This document shows positions 13,164 to 26,052 of a stretch of 64,000 nt of DNA, piece by piece. Location: positions 1-64,000 of the forward strand of contig NIVC01000226.1 of the NCBI GenBank assembly GCA_002269645.1. The letters run 5' to 3'. Source of the DNA: Macrostomum lignano. Its lineage: Eukaryota. A program made the position numbers and the translations under genes. A model generated the notes under the pieces. The model was given only the letters and a program-made list of their open reading frames with translations. It did no database searches and had not been told where the DNA came from. Positions within the stretch are counted from its first letter, which is position 1, and each line of letters begins with the position of its first letter.

Positions 13164-16100
13164 ATGCCAAACTCAGCCCAAGAGCAGCATCAGCTACAAG
13201 ACAGAGATGAGCCTCTAGCGAATAAGCTCAAGTGTGTGGGCAATATCAACCAGCCATTTAGTGTGCAAGAATCTCTGCTAGCCAGTCAAGCAACAGAATT
13301 TTTCTATAGCAACCAGCTTGATAAATGCCAGACTGCACTTAACTGGCTGAAAGCTTGTGACAGCCATCATCCTGGCCTGCTTGTCAACTGGGCTGTGCTG
13401 CAATTTTATAACTCTGGCGGTAACTGTGTGGACAAATTTGGCCAGGAACTGGCATTGGCTGCTGCTGCTGCTGCCGCTGATTCTTCCTGGCAGGAACTGC
13501 TGGTTCAAACAGCTGAAGAGGTTGGAGCTTGTTTGATTTGCTGCATTCGATTAAGACAAACAATAGAACTTTTTAGTTTTTATGCTTTTATGATATTGTC
13601 TTAGTTGTATTTCCAGGCCCTACATTTCTCAGGAGATCCTCAGTTGCTAGGCCAGCCTCCCAGATCCTCAGTTCCTGGGCCAGCCTCCCAGATCCTCAGT
13701 TGCTGGGCCAGCCTCCCAGATCCTCAGTTGCTGGGCCACCAACCTCCCAGATCCTCAGTTGCTGAGCCAGCCTCTCAGATCCTCAGTTGCTGGGCCAGCC
13801 TCCCAGATCCTCAGTTGCTGGGCCAGCCTCCCAGATCCTCAGTTGCTGGGCCAGCCTCCCAGATTCTCAGTTGCTGGGCCAGCCTCCCAGAGTGTCAGTT
13901 GCTGGGCCAGCCTCCCAGAGTGTCAGTTGCTGGGCCAGCCTCCCAGAGTGTCAGTTGCTGGGCCAGCCTCCCAGATCCTCTCATAAAACTGACTGTCCCA
14001 ACCTTCAGCCTGCCGCCGCCCAAGACCCCGCCTGCTCCGCCCTGCTGTACAACTTCGCCTTGGTGCTGCACTACCAGCGCAGGCACTCAGAGGCCAGGCG
14101 CCTGCTTGAGCTGGCGCTGCCTCTGGCACCGCCTGACTGCCGTCTGGGCGCTGCTATCCGTGAACTGCTGCTGGACACCCTGCTGTTGCGGCTGCGCCTG
14201 CCAGACGCCGCCATCAAGCTGATTGACAGCGAGGCTAAAAGTAGGCCGCCGGCTCCCAGCTCTCCTGAGCAGGCCGCTATTCTCAGAGCTGTTGCTCAGG
14301 CTCTGTCGCCAAAACCTGGCTCCAATAGCGCCTGTTCAGACTCAGATATCCATGCTAGTCTGAAGCAAGATACTAGGGAACGCTTAATTCAATTGGATGC
14401 CAGAATCGAGGCCTCACTGATGCTCAAAAAATTTGATGGAGCGTTAAGCCTAGTAACTGAATTGTGTACGGAGGTAGGTTCCAGTTTTTATAGTGTCTTA
14501 ATTAAATTCTTGTGGTACTGTATGTTTGCCTCTTGCTTCTCTTTCATTCTAGAATGCTAAGTCTCCCCACTCCCATGAATATTCTCCCCATTCCTCTGAA
14601 GATTGGTGCCCCATTCTCCTGAAGATTCGAGCCCTATTCCCCTGAAGATTCTCCCCATTCCCCAGAAGATTCGAGCCCTATTCCCTTGAAGATTTTTCCC
14701 AATCCCCCTGAAGATTCGAGCCCCATTCCCGTGAAGGTTTTCCCCAATCATCCTAAAGATTCTCCCCATTCTCCTGAAGATTAGAGCACCATTACCCTGA
14801 AGATTTTCCCCATTCCCCTGAAAATTCGAGCCCCATTCTCCTGAAGATTTTCCCCATTCCCCTGAAAATTCGAGCCCCATTCTCCTGAAGATTCTCCCCA
14901 TTCCCGTGAAGGTTTTCCCCAATCATCCTAAAGATTCTCCCCATTCCCCTGAAGATTCGTGCCCCATTCTCCTGAAGATTCTCCCCACTCTCCTGAAGAT
15001 TCTCCCCATTCTCCTGAAGATTAGAGCACCATTACCCTGAAGATTCTCACCATTCTCCTGAAGATTAGAGCACCATTACCCTGAAGATTCTCCCCATTCT
15101 CCTGAAGATTAGAGCACCATTACCCTGAAGATTTTCCCCATTCCCCTGAAAATTCGAGCCCCATTCTCCTGAAGATTCTCCCCATTCCCCTGAAGATTCT
15201 CCCCATTCCCCTGAAGATTCTCCCCATTCCCCTGAAGATTCTCCCCATTCCCCTGAAGATTCTCCCCATTCCCCTGAAGATTCTCTTCATTCTCCTGAAG
15301 ATTCGTGCCCCATTCTCCTGAAGATTCTCCCCATTCTCCTGAAGATTCGTGCCCCATTCTCCTGAAGATTCTCCCCATTCTCCTGAAGATTCTCCCCATT
15401 ATCCTGAAGATTGGTGCCCCATTCTCCTGAAGATTCTCCCCATTCTTTTGAAGATTCTCCCCAGTCCCCTGAAGATTCTCCCCACTCAAAGATTCTTGAT
15501 TACCGTGCCTATTTCCCAACTGCAGGTACAATCGGCAGACGAGGTCAAGTTAAGCTTCAAATTGCTGTCAGAAATTCGCAAAGCTCAATTATTGTATTTC
15601 TCTGGCAGCCTTGAGCAGTCTTTGTCATTGTTGCGCTCTATCGCCACGGCCAACAGAGACCATAGTCTCATTGTTCTCAATAATCTGTCCTGCGTGTATT
15701 TGCGGCAGGGTAAACCTAGGCTGGCTCAGCACTGTCTCAGGCAAGCGCTGCAGTGTCAAGTTGAGGATTGCAATCAGCTGATTCAACAGCAAAGCCAATC
15801 GGCAGATGAAACTGCGTCTACGTTGTCATGGCAACCGCATACAGCCAGTTTGAGCATGCTCGCGTCCGATCGGCACTTTGAGCTGCTGCACAATCTGGGT
15901 CTGGCTTTGCTGTTTAGGTGTGTCTTATTATATTACATAAAATAGTGTTTTCTTATCTGCTTAATATCTGCCGGATGCCTAATGTCTGTGTGCTAATGAT
16001 TATCCTAATGCCTACGTGCTAATGATTATCCTAATGCCTGTGTGCTAATGATTATCCTAATGCCTGTGTGCTAATGATTATCCTAATGTCTGTGTGCTAA

Positions 16101-19100
16101 TGATTATCCTAATGCCTACGTGCTAATGATTATCCTAATGCCTGTGTGCTAATGATTATCCTAATGTCTGTGTGCTAATGATTATCCTAATGCCTACGTG
16201 CTAATGATTATCCTAATGCCTACGTGCTAATGATTATCCTAATGCCTGTGTGCTAATGATTATCCTAATGCCTGTGTGCTAATGATTATCCTAATGTCTG
16301 TGTGCTAATGATTATCCTAATGCCTACGTGCTAATGATTATCCTAATGCCTGTGTGCTAATGATTATCCTAATGCCTGTGTGCTAATGATTATCCTAATG
16401 TCTGTGTGCTAATGATTATCCTAATGCCTACGTGCTAATGATTATCCTAATGCCTGTGTGCTAATGATTATCCTAATGCCTGTGTGCTAATGATTATCCT
16501 AATGTCTGTGTGCTAATGATTATCCTAATGTCTGTGTGCTAATGATTATCCTAATGCCTACGTGCTAATTATTATCCTAATGCCTGTGTGCCAATCTATA
16601 TACTAAAAATGAGTTGTCTGTGGGTATGCGATAGATTTCAGAAAAATTGGCTCAACCGATTTTCTTCAAACTTGCACCATTCGATCAGAAATTTTCCTGG
16701 GACGGTACATGCATCTTGGCTAAGAAATTGCTCAATGTTAAAGGGATTAAATATTCGAAAAACATGCTTTTTTGCAAAGGTCAAGCCAAATTTTCGACTT
16801 GAAATGCATTGTAAGAATGCTGGAGAAAAACCTGACTGACTGAATTTCAATTCTGATAAAGATTGCATCACAACAAGTTGAAAACAGTGTCGAAGAAATG
16901 CACACACGACTTGATTTAAATTGCGTAACCAATATTGCTAACTTGAACTGAGACTGATACTGGCTGACTGAGAAATTGATTATGTCATAACTTTTTACTC
17001 TAATTGACTTGCTATAAGAATTAAATTATAAGGGCAACAGTTCATGTTCTCCAATTGACAAGAGATAGCATAGATGCGAACAGACTGGACTGCTAATGTA
17101 GCGACCTAGGTTCGAATCTTAGTAGTACAAAATAATTTTTTTATCAAAACACCCTAAAACACAAAAAGCTAAACATAAAGGAAGCGCAATGTCAAACATT
17201 AAAGAGCCACCATTCGAACATTAAAGAGCCACCATGTCGAACATTAAAGAGCCACCATGTTGAACATTAAAGAGCCACCATTCGAACATTAAAGAGCCAC
17301 CATGTCAAACATAAAAGAGCCACCATGTAAAACATATACGTGACTCCATGTCAAACATATACGTGACTCCATGTCAAACATATACGTGACTCCATGTCAG
17401 ACATTAAAGAGCCACCATGTCGAACATTAAAGAGCCTCCATGTCAAACAGATACATGACTCCATGTCAAACATATACATGACTCCATGTCAAACATTAAA
17501 GAGCCACCATGTCAAGCATTAAAGAGCCACCATGTCAAACATTAAAGAACCACCATGCCAAACATAAAAGAGCCACCATGTCAAACATTAAAGAGCCACC
17601 ATGTCGAACATTAAATAAACACGATGTTGAACATTAAAGAGCCAGACCAGGTTAAACATAAATAAGTCACCATGTCAAACATTAAAGAGTCGCCATGTCA
17701 AACATATACATGACTCCATGTAAGACATTAAAGAGCCAGGCCAGCTTAAACATAAATAAACCACCATGTCAAACATTAAAGAGCCACCATGTCGAACATT
17801 AAAGATCCGCCATGTCAAACATATACATGACTCCCATGTCAGACATTCAAGAGCCACCATGTCGGACATTAAAGAGCCACCATGTCGAACTTTAAAGAGC
17901 CACTATGTCAAACATTAAAGAATCACAATGTAAAACATTAATGAGCCGGCATGTCGAAAATTAAAGAGCCACCATGTCAAACATCAAAGAGCCACCATGT
18001 CAAACATATACATGACTCCATGTCGAACATTAAAGGGCCAACATGTCAAACATTAAAGAGCCACCATGTCAAACATAAAAGAGTCATCATGCCAAACATA
18101 AAAGAGCCACCATGTCGAACATTAAAGAGCCACCAAGTCAAATATAAAAGAGCTACCATGTCGAACATAAAAGAGCCACCATATCAAACATTCAAGAGAC
18201 ACCATGTCAAACATTAAAGAGCCACCATGCCAAACATAAAAGAGCCACCATGTCAAACAAAAAAGAGCCACCATGCCAAACATAAAATAGCCACCATGTC
18301 GAACATTAAAGAGCCACCGAGTCAAACATATAAGAGCTATCATGTCAAACATAAAAGAGCTATCATCTCAAACATGAAAGAGCCACCATGTCGAATATTA
18401 AAGAGCCACCATGCCAAACATAAAAGAGCCACCATGTCGAACAGTAAAGAGCCTACATGTCAAGCATAAAAGAGCCACCATGTCAAACATACACGTGACT
18501 GACTCCATGTCAAACATTAAAGCGCCACCATGTCAAACATTAAAGAGCCACCATGTCAATCATAAAAGAGCCACCATCTCAAACATAAAAGAGCCACCAT
18601 GTAAATCATAAAAGAGCCACCATGTCAAACATTAAAAAGCCACCATGTCGAACTTTAAAGAGCCACTTTGTCAAACATATACATGACTCCATGTCAGATA
18701 TTCAAGAGCCACCATGTCGAACATTAAAGAGCCACCATGTCGAACTTTAAAGAGTTCAAAATGTAAAGAATGATTAAAGAATCACAATGTAAAACATTAA
18801 TGAGCCGGCATGTCGAACATTAAAGGGCCACCATGTCAAACATTAAAGAGCCACCATGTCAAACATAAAAGAGCTATCATGTCAAACATTAAAGAGCCAT
18901 CATGTCAAACATAAAAGAGCCACCATGTCAAACATTAAAGAGCCATCATGTCAAACATAAAAGAGCCACCATGTCAAACATAAAAGAGCCACCATGTCGA
19001 ACATAAAAGAGCCACCATGTAAAACATATAGGTGACTCCATGTCAAATTTTAAAGAGCCACCATGCCAAATGTTAAAGAGCCACCATGTCGAACATTAAA

Positions 19101-22100
19101 GAGTCACCATGCCAAACATAAAAGAGCCACCATGTCGAACATTAAAGAACCACCATGTCAAACATTAAAGAGCCACCATATCGAACATTAAAGAGCCACC
19201 AAGTCAAACATTAAAGAGCTACCATGTCAAACATTAAAGACCTACCATGTCAAACATTCAAGAGGCATCATGTCAAACAGTAAAGAGCCACCAAGTCAAA
19301 CATAAAAGAGCTACCATGTCAAACATAAAAGAGGCATCACGTCAAACATTCAAGAGCCACCATGTCAAACATTCAAGAGCCACCATATCAAACATTCAAG
19401 AGACACCATGTCAAACATTAAAGAGCCACCATGCCAAACATAAAAGAGCCACCATGTCGAACATAAAAGAGCCACCATGCCAAACATAAAATAGCCACCA
19501 TGTCAAACATTAAAGAGCCACCATATCGAACATTAAAGAGCCACCATGTCAAACATAAAAGAGCCACCATGTCAAACATATATGTGACTCCATGTCAAAC
19601 AGTAAAGAGCCACCATGTCAAGCATAAAAGAGCCACCATGTCGAACATAAAAGAACCACCATGTCAAACATAAAAGAGCCACTATGTCAAACAATAAACA
19701 GACACCATGTCAGACAATAAAAAAACCCCGAATCAAACATAAAAGAGCCACCATGTCGAACATAAAAGAGCCACCATGTCGAACATAAAAGAGCCACCAT
19801 GTCAAACATAAAACAGCCACCATGCCAAATATAAAAGAGCCACCATGCCAAACATAAAAGAGCCACCATATCATGCATAAAAGAGCAACGATGTTGAACA
19901 TAAAAGAGCCACCATGTGAAACATAAAAAAACCATCATGTCAAAAATATACGTGACTCCATGTCAAACATTAAAGAGCCACCATGTCAAACATTAAAGAG
20001 CCACCATGTCAAACATTAAAGAGCTATCATGTCAAACACAAAATAGCCACTATGTCAAACATAGAAGAGCCACCATGTCAAACATTAAAGAGCCATCATG
20101 TCAAACATAAAAGAGCCACCATGTCAAACATTAAAGAGCCATCATTTCAAACATAGAAGAGACACTATGTCAAACATATACCTGACTCCATGTCAAACAT
20201 AACAGAGCCAACATTTCAAACGTAAAAGAGCCGCCATAGCGAATATTAAAGAGCCACCATGTCGAACATAAAAGAGACACCATGTCAATCATAAAAGAGC
20301 CACCATGTCAAACATTAAAGAGCCAACATTACATTAAGGTGCCACCAGGTCAAACAATAAAGAGCCACCATGTCTAACATTAAAGAGCCACCATGTCAAA
20401 CATAAAACAGCCACAATGTCAAACATAAAAGAGCCATCATGTCAAACATTAAAGAGCCACCATGTCAAACATATATGTGACTCCATGTCAAACAGTAAAG
20501 AGCCACCATGTCAAACATAAAAGAGCCACCATGTCGAACATAAAAGAACCACCATGTCAAACATAAAAGAGCCACTATGTCAAACAATAAACAGACACCA
20601 TGTCAGACAATAAAAAAACCCCGAATCAAACATAAAAGAGCCACAATGTAGAACATTAAAGAGCCACCATGTCAAACATAAAAGATACACAATTTCAAAC
20701 GTAAAAGTAAGCGTCATGCCAATTTTAAAGAAGCCACTATAGAGCTAAGGAAATTGTAGCACTAGCTACTTATTGTATGGTGGATGCTTACTATTTGGGG
20801 ATGCTTGCTATCTGGGGGATGCTTGCTATCTGGGAGGGGGGATGCTTCCTATCTGGGGGATGCTTGCTATCTGGGGCCTGGGGGATGCTTGCAATCTGGG
20901 GGATGCTTGCTATCTGGGGGATGCCTGCAATCTGGGGGATGCTTGCTATCTGGGGGATGCCTGCAATCTGGGGGATGCTTGCTATCTGGGGGATGCTTGC
21001 TATCTGGGGGATGCTTGCTATCTGGGGGATGCTTGCTATCTGGGGGATGCCTGCAATCTGGGGGATGCTTGCTATCTGGGGGATGCCTGCAATCTGGGGG
21101 ATGCTTGCTATCTGGGGGATGCTTGCTGTCTTGGGATGATTTCTTTTTGCATTACACTTTATTCGAGCAGTTTGTCTGTCGTCTTTGTGAAGGCTTTATT
21201 TGGCTGTCTTTTTGTTACTTGTAGAGAACAGAGATTCTATCCAGATGTCCCCCAACGGGGGGCGAAGATTGCTAGTGATTATACTAATATCTGCTGTGCT
21301 AATTATTATCCTAATGCCTGTGTGCTAATGATTATCACGTGCTCGCGCAAAACAAAACATTTGACAGCGGCAGGCCGGCACAGGCGTTCAACTGTCTGCT
21401 AGAAGTGGCCAACAAATTTCCGGGAAATCCCTGTCTATGGCTTCGCCTTGCTGAATGCTGCGTTCACCAGCATCAGCAGTCAATCGCAGACCGCCAATGC
21501 GCTTGGCGAATTGAATCAATCGGTTCCACTTTGCACCGGAAGTTAGTTCTCAATCCGTTGCTATGCGGAAATGGCGAATCTAATAAAATTAATAATGGCG
21601 ACTCAATGGCCGCGATGCCGGCGCCTACGCTGGAGTTTGGCGCCATCTGCGCCAGCAATGCTCTGCTTCTGCTACCGCTGACAGAGCCGGGTGGCCATGT
21701 GAGTTGGATTACGCCTATGGGATTTTTTATTGTTTGGTTTGGGATCTTTGATTTATTGGGTTGGGGATCTTTGATTTATTGGGTTGGGGATCTTTGATTA
21801 TTTAAGTTGGGGATCTTTGATTTATTGAGATGAGATCTTAGATTTATTGGTTTAGGGATCTTTGATTTATTGATATGAGATCTTAGATTTATTGGTTTGA
21901 GGATCTTTGATTTATTGATGAGGATCTTAGATTTATTGGTTTGAGGATCTTTTATTTATTGATATGAGGATCTTAGATTTATTGGTTTGGGGATCTTTGA
22001 TTTATTGATATGGAGATATTAGTTTTATTGGTTTGGGGATCTTTGATTTATTGATATGGAGATATTAGTTTTATTGGTTTGGGGATCTTTGATTTATTAA

Positions 22101-23912
22101 TATGGGGATCTTTAATTTGTTGGTTTGGGGATCTTTGAACTGTTGGGTTAGGATCTTTGATTTATTTGGTTGGAATCAATTAATTTCCCTCAAATAGGGA
22201 TCTTAAATATTTTTAGCCCAGTGATCCAGCGCGGCGCTCTAACCCAGGCTCGATTCCAAGTGCAGTTACATTAATTTGGGGCTAAATTGGAATCTAAAAT
22301 GTACATGCCTAAGTTAGGGCTGCTGTACACTCCTGTGTGTGTGCCTGTGCGTATGACTGCGTACGTATCCGCCTGCTCAGCGGAGTCGGCGGCATTGGCA
22401 ATAATGCCTCTCGCCAGCGCACAGGCACCGAGTCTAATAAAAATTTCAGTTTTATAATAAGTCTTCTAATAAGTCTTATAGAAGCATGCACAATGCATAT
22501 GAAAAATCGTTATTGGAACCCAGGTGTCCCTACCGCTCAGTCCGGGTCGCCTTGGCAACCTGAGCAGCCGCCGACGCATTCTCGAGCTCCGCTCGGCCGC
22601 GCTCTCCGTCGCCGCCTACTGCGCCCTGGGCCTCGGAGACTTCGCCCGGGCTGAGCGGTGCTGCCGCCAACTGCTGACTCAGCCAGGGCTGTCCGAGTCG
22701 CAGACCTGCCTTGCCAGGGACTACCTGGCACAGGCTTTGGTTCATCTGCAGGTAAGTTTTCTTTGCTAATTGTCCCGAGACCTAGATGTAATAAAGTCAT
22801 CTCACAGAATGTTCCAGAATCCCATGATTGTGAACTGACGCAATCTTATACATAATCCCACGTGCATGATCGTACAGTGTTCAATATAAGACACAGAACC
22901 CTACAGGATAATACAGACACAGAATCCCACAGGATAATACAGACACAGAATCCCACAGGATAATACAGACACAGAACCCTACAGGATAATACAGACACAG
23001 AATCCCACAGGATAATACAGACACAGAACCCTACAGGATAATACAGACACAGAATCCCACAGGATAATACAGACACAGAATCCTACAGGATAATACAGAC
23101 ACAGAACCCCACAGGATAATACAGACACAGAACCCCACAGGATAATACAGACACAGAACCCTACAGGATAATACAGACACAGAATCCCACAGGATAATAC
23201 AGACACAGAACCCTACAGGATAATACAGACACAGAACCCCACAGGATAATACAGACACAGAACCCTACAGGATAATACAGACACAGAACCCCACAGGATA
23301 ATACAGACACAGAACCCCACAGGATAATACAGACACAGAACCCTACAGGATAATACAGACACAGAATCCCACAGGATAATACAGACACAGAATCCCACAG
23401 AATAATACAGACACAGAATCCCACAGGATAATACAGACACAGAATCCCACAGGATAATACAGACACAGAATCCCACAGGATAATACAGACACAGAATCCC
23501 ACAGAATAATACAGACACAGAATCCCACAGGATAATACAGACACAGAATCCCACAGGATAATACAGACAATCCTGCAAAATCATGCGTACTGCGGCACAA
23601 ACCACAATTTTGCAGGTGTCCAACGACCCAGCAACATCGAGCCACATCCCTGAGGCCATCCAGTTGTTGATCGCATGCGGCAGCTGTACACAGGCACCGC
23701 ATCATGAGAGCCAGCTCTACAACCTGGCTGTCCTGTACACCATTGCTGGGGATTTACTCTCTGCCAGGCGCTGTGTGGACAGTGTCCAGATGAGGGGAGT
23801 TCAGCCCCCACTTTCCGATCATGTCCGGTTTCTGAAAGCATTTCTTGATTTAACAATGCTTAATCGGCGGGATCTTGCTCGAGAGTTGAGGAGAAACAGT
23901 TCAGTTAACTGA
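13164..23912 (+). CDS. CNOT10: CCR4-NOT complex subunit 10 (TPR protein), 6 coding exons, ~689 aa
   Basis: Exons 13164-13520, 14009-14473, 15526-15917, 21368-21698, 22524-22751, 23616-23912, all GT-AG and phase-consistent. Motifs LLYNFALVLHY, NNLSCVYL, FELLHNLGLALL-GRPAQAFNCL, NPCLWLRLAECC, HRKLVL, EFGAICASNALLLLP and AYCALGLGD resemble CNOT10. Confidence 0.92.
13630..13980. repeat. 28-bp minisatellite (CTGGGCCAGCCTCCCAGATCCTCAGTTG) in CNOT10 intron 1
   Basis: Direct tandem units. Confidence 0.95.
14560..15490. repeat. 21/22-bp minisatellite (CCTGAAGATTCTCCCCATTCC) in CNOT10 intron 2
   Basis: Direct tandem units; ENLQGNG periodicity on the - strand. Confidence 0.95.
15975..16594. repeat. 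26-bp minisatellite (CTAATGATTATCCTAATGCCTGTGTG); resumes at 21276-21340 after the Helitron
   Basis: Tandem units. Excising the Helitron rejoins GTGTGCCAA with TGATTAT. Confidence 0.95.
17066..17125 (+). other. tRNA-like A/B-box segment inside Helitron A1
   Basis: TAGCATAGATG (A-box-like) followed by GGTTCGAATC (B box, 17109-17118). No complete cloverleaf. Confidence 0.5.
17190..20710. repeat. 23-bp minisatellite (AAAGAGCCACCATGTCAAACATT) internal to Helitron A1
   Basis: About 150 variant units; 23-aa ORF periodicity. Confidence 0.95.
20795..21130. repeat. 18-bp minisatellite (GGGGATGCTTGCTATCTG) internal to Helitron A1
   Basis: Tandem units; GDACYL periodicity. Confidence 0.95.
21730..22150. 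repeat. ~23-bp minisatellite (TTGATTTATTGGGTTGGGGATCT) in CNOT10 intron 4
   Basis: Degenerate tandem units. Confidence 0.9.
22890..23570. repeat. 26-bp minisatellite (ACAGAATCCCACAGGATAATACAGAC) in CNOT10 intron 5
   Basis: Homogeneous tandem units. Confidence 0.95.
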
Positions 23913-24009
23913 GACTTTTGTAATCCGTTTGTTAGTGCTGTGCTGAGCAGTTCAGGTGAAAACCGCTACCAGCCAGCCAGGCCAGAAAGCGTCCCAGATC
24001 AATTAGGTC

Positions 24010-24360
24010 GCCCTCAGATTCTAATAGAGAGAGTCGCCCTCAGATTCTAATAGAGAGAGTCGTTCTCAGAGTCTAATAGAGAGAATCGCCCTCAGATTCT
24101 AATAGAGAGAGTCGCCCTCAGATTCTAATAGAGAGAGTCGTTCTCAGAGTCTAATAGAGAGAATCGCCCTCAGATTCTAATAGAGAGAATTGCCCTCAGA
24201 TTCTAATAGAGAGAATTGCCCTCAGATTCTAATAGAGAGAATCGCCCTCAGATTCTAATAGAGAGAGTCGTTCTCAGAATCTAATAGAGAGTCGCCCTCA
24301 GATTCTAATAGAGAGAGTCGTTCTCAGAATCTAATAGAGAGTCGCCATTAGATTATAATA
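24010..24360. repeat. 26-bp minisatellite (GTCGCCCTCAGATTCTAATAGAGAGA)
   Basis: Tandem units downstream of the CNOT10 stop. Confidence 0.9.
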
Positions 24361-24744
24361 CAGAATCACCCTCAGGTTCCCGTTTAAAATTGCCCTCAAC
24401 ACAATTCAAATATTGTGTTGATTTTTTGTTATTTTCACGCAGTTTCTCATTGCGTATTTTGCTAATCTGCTTTCATCATTTTGTTTAAGCTTGCTGCCTA
24501 GTTGTTTCTTGAAGATTTTTGTGCATCCAGTTTAAGCTTGCATTTGGCTTGCAATAGAGTTTTTTCTGCATTTTTCTTGTTTTTGTTACTGCCAAGTAGT
24601 CTGTATCATGTGCTGATTTTAGCACTATTTTTTCTTACTTTACCTTTGCGCTCCCTTGTTGCCATGGTAATTAATATGTTCTGCTGCTCTCACAAAGCTT
24701 TTCTTTGTGGCTTGAGTTGTTTACTATGCAACCTCACTCATTAA

Positions 24745-25672
24745 CCTCACCCTCATAAACCCACCCATCCATCGGTCATAAACCCGACCCATCCATCGGT
24801 CATAAACCCGACCCATCCATCAGTCATAAACCCACCCATCCATCAGTCATAAACCCACCCATCCATCGGTCATAAACCCACCCTTCCATCAGTCATAAAC
24901 CCACCCATCCATCGGTCATAAACCCACCCTTCCATCAGTCATAAACCCACCCATCCATCGGTCATAAACCCACCCTTCCATCAGTCATAAACCCCACCCA
25001 TCTATCAGTCATAAACCCCACCCATCTATCAGTCATAAACCCCACCCATCTATCAGTCATAAACCCCACCCATCTATCAGTCATAAACCCCACCCATCCA
25101 TCACTCATAAACCCCACCCATCCATCAGTCATAAACCCCACCCATCCATCAGTCATAAACCCCACCCATCCATCACTCATAAACCCCACCCATCCATCAG
25201 TCATAAACCCCACCCATCCATCACTCATAAACCCCACCCATCCATCACTCATAAACCCCACCCATCCATCACTCATAAACCCCACCCATCCATCAGTCAT
25301 AAACCCCACCCATCCATCACTCATAAACCCCACCCATCCATCAGTCATAAACCCCACCCATCCATCACTCATAAACCCCACCCATCCATCACTCATAAAC
25401 CCCAACCATCCATCAGTCATAAACCCCACCCATCCATCAGTCATAAACCCCACCCATCCATCAGTCATAAACCCCACCCATCCATCAGTCATAAACCCCA
25501 CCCATCCATCAGTCATCATAAACCCCACCCATCCATCAGTCATAAACTCCACCCATCCATCAGTCATAAACCCACCCTTCCATCAGTCATAAACCCCACC
25601 CATCCATCACTCATAAACCCCACCCATCCATCAGTCATAAACCCCACCCATCCATCACTCATAAACCCCAAC
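24745..25672. repeat. 23/24-bp minisatellite (CATAAACCCCACCCATCCATCAGT)
   Basis: Tandem units; MTDGWVGF periodicity. Confidence 0.95.
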
Positions 25673-25778
25673 CAGAACCAGAAAAGTCCTACCCGCTACC
25701 AAAATCAACCAAACTGTGTTGTTAAAGTTTTTTACCTATAACAACTCATCCAAAAGTATTGGAAAACATAATTTTGTT

Positions 25779-25784
25779 AATAAA
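25779..25784 (+). terminator. Candidate polyadenylation signal for CNOT10
   Basis: First canonical AATAAA I found after the CNOT10 stop; followed by a T-rich tract and an acceptor at 26016. Confidence 0.45.
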
Positions 25785-26052
25785 TCTCAGTGTTGATAAA
25801 CAGGTTTTTTCTCTTTGTGTTTTACATTTCTGTTTTTCAGTTTTATCATGTTACTTTCGTTTTTTTTCAACGCCTAAATACACGTTATTTACTACTTTAA
25901 AAGTTTTGAAGAAGATATGTTTTGTTTTTGTTTCTTTCTTTGCTTTAATCAGTAGTATGTCTGGCTGACCTAGTTATAATCCCTTCTAAAGCGATTTTCA
26001 CATCGTTTCATTCCAGATTTAAATCCGACATTTGAATTAGCAGCTCACTGTG

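Larger units (their letters stand above)
16595..21275 (+). mobile_element. Non-autonomous Helitron, family A, copy 1
   Basis: A|TCTATATACTAAAAATG 5' end; 3' hairpin CCCCC-AAC-GGGGG (21247-21263) then CTAG|T; inserted at A^T with no TSD; second copy at 30575-36549. Confidence 0.9.

Noticed and set aside
17066-17125. Genuine tRNA genes at the A/B-box segments
   Set aside because: I could not fold an acceptor stem or anticodon arm; kept only as tRNA-derived.
17190-20710. Possible CRISPR-like array
   Set aside because: The units are contiguous variants with no unique spacers, there are no cas genes, and the context is eukaryotic.
22370-22430. Extra CNOT10 micro-exon (GVGGIGNNASRQRT)
   Set aside because: It is not phase-compatible with the flanking exons, which already join in frame.
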